From Ginkgo biloba (Eukaryota > Plantae > Ginkgophyta), in assembly GCA_024626585.2 (NCBI GenBank), contig JANKJI020000002.1, forward strand, positions 9,108,021 to 9,131,757: a stretch of DNA of 23,737 nt, in the 5' to 3' direction. Each line of letters opens with the position of its first letter. Position 1 is the first letter of the stretch. A program made the position numbers and the translations under genes. The notes beneath the pieces are model-generated. The model saw only the letters and a list, made by a program, of their open reading frames with translations. It did not search any database and was not told the origin of the DNA. Shown here in pieces: positions 11,393 through 22,334 of the stretch.

Positions 11393-12116
11393 GCTCTAAT
11401 ACCAATTAATGTGTTCTAGAGGAAAGGATCATTCAACAACAATCTGAAAGAGAGTGAGCAATTGATTCTTTGGATACACCCAAGAAGAGGCTCTGAAGTC
11501 TAACAAAAGAAGATCTTTAGTTCCTGGATGCTTGGCGAACGTTATAAAGGGGGATTGGAATTGATGCATCTCAGATCAAGATTAGATTCTGAAATGAATC
11601 AGTCCTTGATCTAAGCCACATTGCATCTTTCCTTATCTACGTCGTATCTTTTCTATCTAAGCTAAAAATTTGCAAAGACTGAGTTTTGGATTTTCTATGT
11701 GTTGTACGACAGCAAGTTCAATGAGAAAAGATATGATACAAATGTGATAATGGAAATGAATATTCAAATTCATCTGCAAATAAAAAAAGAATTGATAATC
11801 GATAGATTCTACAAGATTTGAGGAAAAGGCATCAAGAACACATAAATGTAAAATCTCTAACAATTCTTGAATTCCAAATCTTGAATTCAATTCTATGACT
11901 ATAAAAATATAAATTTTGATAAAGAAAACCCTAATATATGGTTTTAAGGAAAACCCTACTCTAATAATAAAAAAATAGGAAAACATAATCTAAACCAATA
12001 GTGATTGATGAGTGTGCATACAATATCCAATTCAGAATTAGATAATATATAATTATTCCTACTTTAAATACTATTTACTCAGACATGCAATTATTTATTA
12101 ACTAAGCGCATCATCA
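11393..12116 (-). mobile_element. 5' LTR (~11407-12116) plus tRNA-iMet PBS of a truncated LTR retrotransposon
   Basis: PBS tggtattagagc (11404-11393). Termini on + read 't(a)atgtg' at 11407 and 'catcatCA' at 12116, a decayed TGATG...CATCA inverted pair. No gag/pol follows. Confidence 0.65.
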
Positions 12117-12825
12117 ACCTGAGTTATACAAATATATAGTGAGGAAAGTAATCATTGATGTGTAGTGTTGGAATATATACAAATGTGGATGCATGAGATA
12201 TCAATTCCTCCCTACGTAGGCTGTAATTTTCTCCATTGTATTCAACACTAAGTAAGGAAAGAGGCATTCCAACTAAGTATATGAGAATCATTTGCATTAC
12301 TAAGAAAGTCAACTCTTTTTCCCACATTTGCTTTTCCTATTGTTGACTTCATTATCTCTTTTACATCTCACTTGCTTCTAAAGCTGAAGGGTTTCAAAAA
12401 AGACCAGGGAAGCAAGTTACAGGAACCTCTAGAATGAAACATCACTTCTGCGCATGGGTTGACATTACTATTTGGAATACAAAGTCAATAATGTTTAAAG
12501 GTGGGGGAAGCATCTAAAGTTAAGAAATTACTGTACTCAGAGCCTTCATCCTTCAAACCAAGACTGTCACTGTCATCAATGCCATTCAAATCAAATATAA
12601 GAAGCACACTCAGAAAATGATTGATTATGGGAAGGCATTCAATATAATGGTGATGTTGCCTGTTGATTTAACAATACTAGATCACGTATGATTCTGAATT
12701 GACACTCAAGACCACTGTGTTTACAGTGTTGCATGGTGTTCAAGGCAGGAAAAATAACAGATTGGGTCAGGCGAGGTCCCAGCTTGAAGCAGGCACCAAA
12801 TCTGCGCACACCAATCCTATGACTG

Positions 12826-13219
12826 TGATCTCATAGATACAGGATGAAGGTAATGACATGCCAGTTGAGGACTTGATGATGTATGTTAAGGGAGTACTCA
12901 CTACATGGAATGTTTAGAATGGGATTCACCATGATATCATGCAGGTAGTGGAATGCAGAATTACGAGGAGAAGATTTGCACTGAACAAATATTATATGAA
13001 TAGGATCTGAAAGAAAAATCTTTATATCCACACATGAGTCTAGTATGATCCCACATATACTGGATGCATATTGGAAAAATCAATTGAAGATTTGGTGGAA
13101 GAAGTTAAAGGAATGCTCACTACATTTAGATTGGGATTTGTCTTGATATCATGCGGGTAGCAGAATGCGTGGTCAGAGGGCAAACAGATATTGGTTGGAT
13201 TGTTTCTGATAGAAAAATC
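12826..13219 (+). repeat. Diverged tandem duplication, 220-bp period
   Basis: Copies at 12826-13020 and 13046-13219 share 'ctcactacat', 'gggatt', 'tgatatcatgc(a/g)ggtag', 'gaatgc' and 'tctga(a/t)agaaaaatc'. Confidence 0.85.
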
Positions 13220-13692
13220 AGTATCATTAATGTATTTCATGTGAAAATACTTGGACGTGTGGATTCTTCATTTAATAATGAGAGTCTTTGTTCCACAATG
13301 ATGGATGATTTTGACAAAGCCAATGAAGCATTCAAATGAGAAACAGTAAGACAGCCTTCTCTGCAACCTTCATTTTTGTTTATAGATTTAGCAATTGACA
13401 ATTGGGCCACTCAACCAAGAAGTAGAACAATGCAAAGCTTTGGGACCTGGGGTTCATTGTAGGTTGTTTGCAGGAACCTTTGAATTTTCATGAATTAACA
13501 TATAGGATAGTTCTGTTTCTTATTAATGTTCATGTTCAAGTATATTCCATCAAATTTCAGAAATATTCATCATAATGTTCATGGACAATGCTCTAAGATT
13601 TAAATGGAGTTGACTTTAGTATTCTGGTCTAATTCACAATTCTCTTTGGACAATTGAGTCTTTTGTCATTCGCTTCTTGTTTTCCATGGCAG

Positions 13693-13746
13693 GAGCTCAN
13701 NNNNNNNNNNNNNNNNNNNNNNNNNNNNNNNNNNNNNNNNNNNNNN
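13693..13746 (+). CDS. TRIM37: TRIM37-like E3 ligase, coiled-coil exon A (only first 7 nt visible; 3' end estimated inside N gap)
   Basis: Pyrimidine-rich acceptor 'cgcttcttgttttccatggcag' then GAG CTC A.. (E-L-x) before N-run 13700-13794. In TRIM37 as I recall it, the 18 residues before AKDE begin 'ELISLVQEV...', predicting a 54-nt phase-0 exon. The end coordinate is inferred, not seen. Confidence 0.6.
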
Positions 13747-13869
13747 NNNNNNNNNNNNNNNNNNNNNNNNNNNNNNNNNNNNNNNNNNNNNNNNCTGAAG
13801 GATAATGCTAGAGTTAAACACCAGTTGTATGAGCAATATTTTTTTTTCCTATTTTTTTGTGACTGGCAG

Positions 13870-13920
13870 GCTAAGGATGAGAGCTTGGCAGAACTGGAGA
13901 TGGCATATGAACGTATGCGG
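13870..13920 (+). CDS. TRIM37: TRIM37-like E3 ligase, coiled-coil exon B (AKDESLAELEMAYERMR)
   Basis: Acceptor 'tttttttgtgactggcag|G', donor 'CGG|gtacat', 51 nt, phase 0/0, open. Resembles recalled human TRIM37 AKDERVREIRNAVEMMI. Confidence 0.85.
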
Positions 13921-14323
13921 GTACATTTGTGGCATATTTCCTATTTCATTTTCTTTTTTTAACCAGGCAGTTCATTACATGCATGAACTCAAATAATTCA
14001 AATAGTGAATTAGTAGTTGTTGTAAGAATTGTTGTCACTAGTTTGGCAATATGTAGTATTGAAGTGGAAAATGTCTTTGGACATTTGATTTTGTGAGCTT
14101 GAGAGTGCAAAAAAATAGTAAACATAGGTGAGAAGTAGGATTACTACAAAATCATTAGGTCTCTACCAAAGACTTCCATGTGTTCCTTTGTTTGTTTTCT
14201 TATTTAGATGAATAGGTATTTGTCACGAAAATCTTCTAATGGTACTCTTATTATTTTGTACTTGTGTTTTCTGATTGTATTTTAGCAGTGATTGTCATTG
14301 AATATGGCATATTAGAATCACAA

Positions 14324-15896
14324 CATTGGAAAAAAGGTGGAATTCACACCCTCAACACCTAGTGCAGGTCATACCTTAACGGAGGAAACCCTATGTACAT
14401 ACACAAATACGGAAATGAAAATGAGGCTTTGAAGGAAGATACCATGTCATTATCGCACTTCTTTGGGCAACCCATCATTTTCTTGTCGCTGCTCTTGTGG
14501 GGCCTCTCAACCATCACTAGCATATAGCACTGCAACTACAAGGGAGAAAGTTTAACTTTCCTAGGAGGGTGGTTTGTGGGGGCACAGTGAGGAGATTTAA
14601 TGTGCGCTGGGTCCTTGCCTGGCTCCTACCTCTTCTTCTTGCTTTGCATTCGTTCTTGGCAACTTCTTTGTTCTTGGCACTTTGTTGACAGTGTAGGGGC
14701 ACTACACCAATGCTCAATCAACTCCATTAAGTGACCCAATTCAACTTGGACCTTCTTGGCTTGTTTACATTCTTTTCCCACCATGTGTCCATGGTGGAGA
14801 GGCCAAACACCTTGTGCCAAGAGATCAATGCATCTATAGACTTTGCTCATGGAGGTGGAGATAGAGGAACACTCGTTTTTTAGTGTCTCGTCTTTTTTGA
14901 GATTAGAGGGAGGTACTATTGCCTTTCAGGGATGCGAGAGTCCCTCCACACACTTATTTCTTGTAAGGACAAATGATGTGTGGCTATCGTTTTTAGAGAG
15001 CTCTTCCTCTGTAGGTGCCACCTTTTGGAGAGCACTACACAACGGCCATACAGAGTCCAACGCATCACCTCTGACCTCAATAGCAAGGCAAAAATGTCTA
15101 GGGCACACACAAAATCTCCAACAAGACATTTGACATTGCCCAAAGTGTCAGACTAGTTGTCGACCTCGTACATAGCCTAGCAAGAGGGAACCCAAACACG
15201 CCATGAGAGAACCTTATAGAATCGAAAGAGTCAGATCTAGATTTGAGAGAGAGAGCCTTATCACTAGTTTCTTTGTACCAGGCAATGGAGCTTCGACCTT
15301 GGACGTTACAAGAGAGACAAACCAAGCTAGGAAGTGGGGCTAATAGACAAGTGANNNNNNNNNNNNNNNNNNNNNNNNNNNNNNNNNNNNNNNNNNNNNN
15401 NNNNNNNNNNNNNNNNNNNNNNNNNNNNNNNNNNNNNNNNNNNNNNNNNNNNNNGCTTCAAAAAAGTCGCATAAGGACCATGGTAGCCTTTGGTTGGGCT
15501 TAGGACATCGTTTGGGTATAAGGTACGACTTCTAAGGTCAACTTTCTGCAACTAGGAAGCATAAATTCGCCCTAGAAGTAAGTCGTGGGCCTTAGCTGGA
15601 AGAACGATGTAGAAAACAAGCCAAGATCATGAGGAAATGACTTCCTTTAATCGCCTTTTATAGTTTACCAAGGGGTGCGACTGCACTTAAGGTTGGCTGG
15701 TAGTGTAGGCTCGCGATCGTTCAAATCCTTTGCATAAAGTGAATTGTCTCTTAGAAAGTGGACGCTAGAATTTAGAGTAGGCTGAGTTAGCATTTTAACT
15801 AATTTTTAGCCCTTCTAAGGGTCCCACCATCATGGTTAGTCACTAATTTGATCACTAACATACTTAACTCTTAGTTAAGCTCTTTTCCAACCCTCT
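14324..15896 (-). mobile_element. Probable long (~1.5 kb) 3' LTR with upstream purine tract
   Basis: On the minus strand: purine tract agagggttggaaaagag (15896-15880), 'TGttagtgatc' start at 15860, and TATAAAA at 15662-15656. The segment is GC-richer and non-coding relative to the flanking intron; the left boundary is approximate. Confidence 0.45.
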
Positions 15897-17536
15897 TTGT
15901 TTGTCGCTATGGACCGTTTATCTTCTAAGGGTTTAATTAATGCTTTTTGTAAGTCAAACTTCTCCTTTGACCAGGCTTTGACCAAGTTTGACTTGCCTTT
16001 GATTAGGGTTGATTGGGCTGTAAAACAAACACTTATCCCAAAGGCATCACAAGCAAGTGATTTATTCTTTCATCTTCTCAACATAGAAGAGGGCATTTTG
16101 AGCATTAGAACTTGCATCTTATGAAGCCTAGGACCAGTAGCTAGTTCTTGGTGTATGATAGATTGAAAATTAAACTCTCTTGAGTCTTGATGAACCTCCT
16201 ATGTTAGAGTTAGGGGGAGTTGGTCGTGCTTTATTTAGTTTGATATCACGTCATTCCCTTTTATCAAGAGGGTAAAAGTATTTTCAATGGAGATATTTAG
16301 AAATGCTTTTTTACAGTTCAAGCCCAATCTTTCCATTGTTATATTTTGCATGTTGCTTTTTTGCAATTGCCTTTTTAATGGTCTCGTTGGAAACATTGAC
16401 ACAATCCATGGCATAATTTACCTTGTATTGTTCCCCAAACAAAGACAAAAGGGAAATGTCCATCAATAAGTTTGTTGGCCATCTTCACTTGGACGTAGGA
16501 TGCCATTCATGTGCCACAATCTAACTTTGTGGGAAATTAAATAGTCTTAGGCATTAGCTGCAAGGATAGAAAGATTAAGGGCAATGGTTCCCATGTTTAA
16601 TGGATCATAAAATCTCCATCTTTTGTCTTCTATCACCATTAGCATTGAGACATTTTGAAGCATCTGCAATTGAACTCTTGACAATTTTGATAAAGAACTC
16701 ACCATACCCAAGACTAGATTACATATCAATAATAAATGGTCATTCAATCCTATCACGAGCTTGATGGCTACAATTGGTCGTATATGGCAATATTGTCAAC
16801 TATACATACATAAATTTTGCCATAATGCATAAATATTGACCAATCAACAGTAACACATTAGTTGGGTAGTTCTCAATGGTTGGATGATTGGCAATATAAC
16901 TGAGGTTGTGCGTTCTATATATCCACTTGATAGCTAGGAATTCAAAGAATAACAACCATTGGTAGTGAGTCTTTATTAATGTTGCTATTCATTACTATTA
17001 TTAATTAATATCAATTAACCATATCGAATGTAATAATTCTATTACATCTTCTCCGTCATTGCTCTCTTAGGCTTTGGTGGTTATGGAATGCATTTTCAGT
17101 ATGTTGAGGGTTGTTTGTTATGTTAAGCTTGGCATTATAATTTTGACATCCTTTCCATTCGACAATGTGTTTCATGATTTGTTTATCTTCCTTTTCATGA
17201 TTTGTTGTGGTATTAAACTAGCTCTGGTTTTGATATACTAGTTCGAAGCAATAAGAAATGTACATTGAGCTTCTTTCGACTTGTGATCTTTGTCCCTTAT
17301 GATATGGAACATGCATTTTTATTTGTTGCTTTTATAAAATGAGGTGCTTTTGGTGCGAAACTATATATTTCTTTGGATTAGTTGAAAATGAGATTAGCAC
17401 TTTAGATATTTTGATTTGATATTTGCTAAACGATATATTATGATATAGTTTAATTCTTTTGGGTGTTTTCTCTTTGATGGAAAATTTGTCAGGGTAATTA
17501 TGTTGGGTTGTTCATGTGCGTGATTTGTAACACTTA

Positions 17537-18415
17537 TGCTNNNNNNNNNNNNNNNNNNNNNNNNNNNNNNNNNNNNNNNNNNNNNNNNNNNNNNNNNNNN
17601 NNNNNNNNNNNNNNNNNNNNNNNNNNNNNNNNNNNNNNNNTAGGAGGAGATTGGCAAGGAAGAACTAGATGGATCGGCCATTGCAAGCATAATAGACACC
17701 CATCTCAAGTCAGTGATGGGGGTGATGAAGCAATGGTCACAAATCCAAATGGAATTGTTAATTGCCTTGCCGAATGCCATCAGGAAGCCTTGAGACCCTA
17801 TCCCTATTCAAGTTTGAAGCTCAACATTGTCTCGGGGCGAGACAAGGTTTTAGCTGTGGGGAAGTGTTGGACAAAGCGAAAGCCTAAGATCAATGACCGA
17901 TGGAACCTGTTACCAAAAACTGACAGAATTTGCCATGACGATCGACGGAACCTGTTCTCGAAGACCGACGGATCTGGTTGTCACCTGACAACTGACATAA
18001 CCTTCTGCTGACAACTGACGGAGCTGCCCTCAGCCGACATCAGCTCACCCACAGACCTAGGGTTAATCTATTGTAATTATGCATTGTAATTCTCTTCGAT
18101 GGTTATCATAACTGTCAAAGATGCGTATAAATAAGAGTTGTCTGAGAGGACCAATTAGTCTGAATTGTATTCTGTACATGTAAGTCTGGAGTATACCTTT
18201 CTTTGTAGATGGATTCGTGATCTGTCATGCTGTATTGTACTATGTCATCGATCTTGTATGTAACCATCATTATCTCTAATAATACAATGATGCGACTATC
18301 TGCGCATGGTAATGATGTATGAATGAATGGATGATATATGTATATAGATGCCATAATAGAGACAGACCAGCGACCAATCCTGCAGGAGTTCGGGATCAAA
18401 CCAAGACGCTTAACA
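17537..18415 (+). mobile_element. LTR retrotransposon with ACTTA target-site duplication; 3' LTR 17865-18415; 5' part lost in gap
   Basis: PPT-like 'tggggaag', then TGTTGG...CTTAACA (551 bp, TGTT/AACA inverted ends) with TATAAATA at 18126. ACTTA follows at 18416-18420 and also occurs at 17532-17536, immediately before 'TGct' and the 100-N gap. Confidence 0.8.
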
Positions 18416-18688
18416 ACTTACTTGAAGTTATTCAGAATTCTTTGTAGATCGTTTAGAGTCCACGACAGACTCTGAAATATGTCCTAAATTGATCAGTGAT
18501 TAAAATGATTATGCATAGGATACTAATTTTACTGATAATTTCCAGAGGATACATAAGAAATTTCATAAGTATCATATGATTTTTCCCCTCATAGAGAATG
18601 TGAACTTGGTTCTTGTCTTTCCATACTTTTGTTGCCCTGTGTTCTAGAATACACAATATTCCCTATTCTCTAAGTCACTCTCTATGTA

Positions 18689-18704
18689 CTCTCTCTCTCT
18701 CTCT
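18689..18704. repeat. (CT)8 microsatellite
   Basis: ctctctctctctctct read directly. Confidence 0.85.
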
Positions 18705-19382
18705 TTCCCTCTAATCTATGTGTATTATCCTTCCAATTATTTCTTCCTCCTACTTTTTTACTTGAGTGTCATTTTATTTCCATAACGACTTAAAGAAGAT
18801 GACCCATCTTGTAACTAAACTTTTAGTTTTGGTATGTAGAATCTACATTTTTATCTCAGTGAGTTACTCCTTTTTTTTTCCTCCTTATCAGAGTTAAAAA
18901 TCCTTTGTTCANNNNNNNNNNNNNNNNNNNNNNNNNNNNNNNNNNNNNNNNNNNNNNNNNNNNNNNNNNNNNNNNNNNNNNNNNNNNNNNNNNNNNNNNN
19001 NNNNNNNNNNNAGGATAATGCATTTGCATAAGAGGCCAAAAATTCCAAGTCTAGTACAAGAGGGTGCTGGTATAAGGCATAGAGGACCGGTTTGTGTGCA
19101 ACATTTTTTATGTGGGGTGGTATGGAGTGGAGAAAATAGAAAGGGAAATAGCATAAATTTGCAGACTGGGTACTACTAGAACATGCATTTGTCATGTGTG
19201 GTTCTTAGAATTTTTGGTAGTTTTCTTTCATTAAAGTTTATTCGTTCTTCTTGCTTTCTGTACTATTTTCAAGCTAATAGAGCAGTCTGGTTAGGCATGG
19301 AGTATTTATGAAAAGGTATGAGAAAAATTCCAAAAGATGAAAGAGAGTTTGAATAAGAACTTCAGTGGATTTAAACATGCAG

Positions 19383-19454
19383 ATGAGGCTTGAGGAACAA
19401 CTGAAATGCAAACTTCTAGCGTTGTTAGGTCAAAAGGGTTCAATGACACAAGAG
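19383..19454 (+). CDS. TRIM37: TRIM37-like E3 ligase, exon C (MRLEEQLKCKLLALLGQKGSMTQE)
   Basis: Acceptor 'catgcag|ATG', donor 'GAG|gtatgg', 72 nt, phase 0/0. Resembles recalled TRIM37 [24 protein letters not shown]. Confidence 0.9.
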
Positions 19455-19551
19455 GTATGGTATCATTGCTTTCTTCTTTCTTGAAAAGGAATCATATGAA
19501 TTGGAATTTCATGTTGCATGATAGACTTAAGATTTTGTGTGGCAATTGCAG

Positions 19552-19656
19552 ATGGAGCTTGTTGAAACAGTCCTCCATGAACTGGATAATCAGTTGAACA
19601 GAATCCCTAAAAGTGATCTTATTGCTCAAGAACCAATGATGTGTCGCATGCTTCAG
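19552..19656 (+). CDS. TRIM37: TRIM37-like E3 ligase, exon D (MELVETVLHELDNQLNRIPKSDLIAQEPMMCRMLQ)
   Basis: Preceded by a 97-nt GT-AG intron (19455-19551). Acceptor 'aattgcag|ATG', donor 'CAG|gtctat', 105 nt, phase 0/0. Resembles recalled TRIM37 [35 protein letters not shown]. Confidence 0.9.
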
Positions 19657-20021
19657 GTCTATTGATCTTTTATCCTCCAATGGCATTCAATTGTGGTACC
19701 AATTAAGATTGCTTTGTGTACCCCACCAGTTATTGTCAGTTTTCCTTAGTTGTGAGAATTCTTTTGAACTAAGCATCAATGATCTGTTTCTCACCTATTT
19801 TGTATTTACATGGTTACAGTCTTTAGATTACATGAAAAATGTAATCAACACTTCTTTTGTTATATCACTTGCAGTTATTACGTTTCTTGATTCTGCTATG
19901 CTTGGGTTGATGTGTTGAACAATCCTTGGAACAAATGTCCCCATGTGTCTTTGTGCTTAGAGATACTTCCCTAGTTAGGTATACCCATTCTGATAACTCC
20001 CTTTTAGGAGGTTCAACATGA

Positions 20022-21050
20022 TTTTTTTTTTTTTTTAAAACCAGAATGAAGAGGAAATTTATATTAGTACTAAAATGATATTACAAAAGTGGCAGTTGCC
20101 AATAAAACAGCTTATGATCTTTGCAAAATCATGTTGTCAGATCCCTCTGTTTACTCCTCTCCTTTGATATTGACTGTGGTAACATCTACATTCAACATAC
20201 ACTGAAGACTACTACATTGATTTTGCTATTACATTAATAAATTCTGTGGACACACTGGTCTCATTCAATTCAGTCTTCCACTTATTTCAACAAATCTGGG
20301 GCTGAGTGGAGATTGCCATAAGATGTGGAACCCACCATATGCTGACTATTATCTGAGGAGATGGTGGAGACCAAAGCAGGTACTTTATCTTTCNNNNNNN
20401 NNNNNNNNNNNNNNNNNNNNNNNNNNNNNNNNNNNNNTCGAGAACGCAAGACATCATTGAGGACTTCATTTCTAGCTCTTCGGGGAAAGCAGTCTTAAGG
20501 CTGGTATTAATTATTTCTTTTGCAAAATATGCAAGCATCTGAACAATCTTCCTCCACAAATTCGTAACTTCTTTGTGCAGATCCATTTGAGGAAGAGTGT
20601 CCTCAGTTTATCCTATTACTTCATTTCCAATGAGAGGTTTTTTCCTTATTGCTATATTATTAAGATCATATAGCATAAGGATCTTTTTTATCACCACTTG
20701 GAACAAAACTTTGGTATCTTAAAGAAAGGTTTCCGGATCTTTTCTCATTGAAGCAAATAATTTCTCTGTGATTTGAACTAATGACACCAGATTCTTATTC
20801 ATTTCTTTACTTCTACAAATGTCTTCCCTATAATCTAGTGTTCAATATGAAGTATCATAATTCTATTTATTATGATTTGGATCGTTTGTGTTTGAAATTT
20901 CCTTTTGATATGAATAGTTAATGTGATACTGCCTGGATCAGTGTGAATGTTTTCTGTTTTAAACTCTTCTGGTTGTGCAAATGCTGTGCTGCATCCTATT
21001 GATAAATTGGCAAAAATCAAAGAATAGAAATTTGCTGCTATATTTCAAGA
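20022..21050 (-). mobile_element. Possible 5'-truncated LINE 3' end
   Basis: A T-run at ~20022-20036 would be the poly(A) tail on the minus strand. An upstream decayed frame contains 'KIKYLLWSPPS', like the W.PP motif before plant L1 RNase H. The far boundary is a guess. Confidence 0.35.
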
Positions 21051-22334
21051 ATTGTTCATATCAATCTTGCATGAGAGACTGTGTCCATGAGGCCACTTGG
21101 CCTTTGGGACACCGCTGCAGGCTCATGGGCATGTTTGTCAGCAAATACACTTGACAAACCTTCTAAACATCAAAGTCTGCATCGAGATGATGTACCTTGT
21201 GGTATAGGCCCCTGAGGGCAACAGGCTAGCTGTATCAGACCTGCACCTATATCCTGCACAACATGAAAACAAGAAGCACCTGCTAAACATTAGTGCAAAC
21301 GAACACCAAGTGCCTTCTAGTGCAAACTCGGGTACCCTAATGGATCTGGGTATAGGTCTATTAGTACAAGTAGTAATGACTTATAGTGGATTCGTGGCCA
21401 TGAAAAACTATCGATGAGCTTATGAACATAGTTGCCAACCCAAATGCCTGGGTTCACTAGATGAATTTCTTGATCACGTTTGGGCATCTTTCATAGCAGA
21501 ATTTCTCTGCATTCAACCATCTAATGCCAATGTAGAGTAACACCCAATGATGTATGTTTAAGTGCTAGGTGCCTCCACTCCACACTATGTTACAGGAGTG
21601 CGGCTCCATGCCCATAATAGGACTCACCAGTCCAAAGAATGGATTTCAACAGCCAGCCCCAAGGTATCCATGAGAGAGATAAAACTAAAGTGACCCTTTT
21701 CATTAGGATATCTGCCAATCCAATTACCTATTTGATGGCCGCTTACCACATATCTTCCAAACCAAACAACTATGCAATGTTCACATATTCACCAGCATTG
21801 CGTTGCCTGCATCGACGCTTCAAGTATCACAATAATCTTGCTTCTATTGGCNNNNNNNNNNNNNNNNNNNNNNNNNNNNNNNNNNNNNNNNNNNNNNNNN
21901 NNNNNNNNNNNNNNNNNNNNNNNNNNNNNNNNNNNNNNNNNNNNNNNNNNNTATTATTGTTAAGATCATTATAGATGTTTGATTGGTGAATAGTGACAAT
22001 GTATCTTTCTAAAATTATATTTTTATGATGTGAGTTCAATAATGCATATTCAAATTGATGGTAGGTTACATTGACACATCATAGTATTCAAGAATAATGT
22101 GATAAATATCAATTATGTAAAAACATATTTATCTATGGGCTAGACATTGTTATTGCAGTAAATTCTGAAGATTTTCTAGACCCATTTTGAAAACAACTAC
22201 TGCCTTGCTTATGTCATGATTTTCCCCAATCCTTAGGGATTCAATGGTTCAAGTGTTTTCCCTAGAGTTGTAACTCCACAATAAAATCAACAAGCATACA
22301 TCATTTCCATCTAAGAAAAACATGTGATAAAATC

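Larger units (their letters stand above)
13921..19382 (+). other. Long TE-filled GT-AG intron (5462 nt as assembled; true size unknown)
   Basis: Joins exon B (...ERMR) to exon C (MRLEE...) with no residues missing relative to the recalled TRIM37 sequence. Contains three 100-N gaps and at least two LTR-derived segments. Confidence 0.8.
1375..21951. other. Sixteen assembly gaps (N-runs) scattered over this span
   Basis: Exactly 100 N at 1678, 9797, 11210, 15355, 17541, 18912 and 21852 (the usual placeholder for unknown size). The others range from 32 to 881 N and often sit where LTRs or repeats are expected. Confidence 0.8.

Noticed and set aside
21596-21663. AG/GT-bounded 68-nt segment (ECGSMPIIGLTSPKNGFQQPAP) as the next TRIM37 exon
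   Set aside because: The phase fits, but similarity to the expected 'VHRKPMASFVTTPVPPDF' region is negligible, the acceptor tract is weak, and the surroundings look TE-derived. RNA-seq would settle it.
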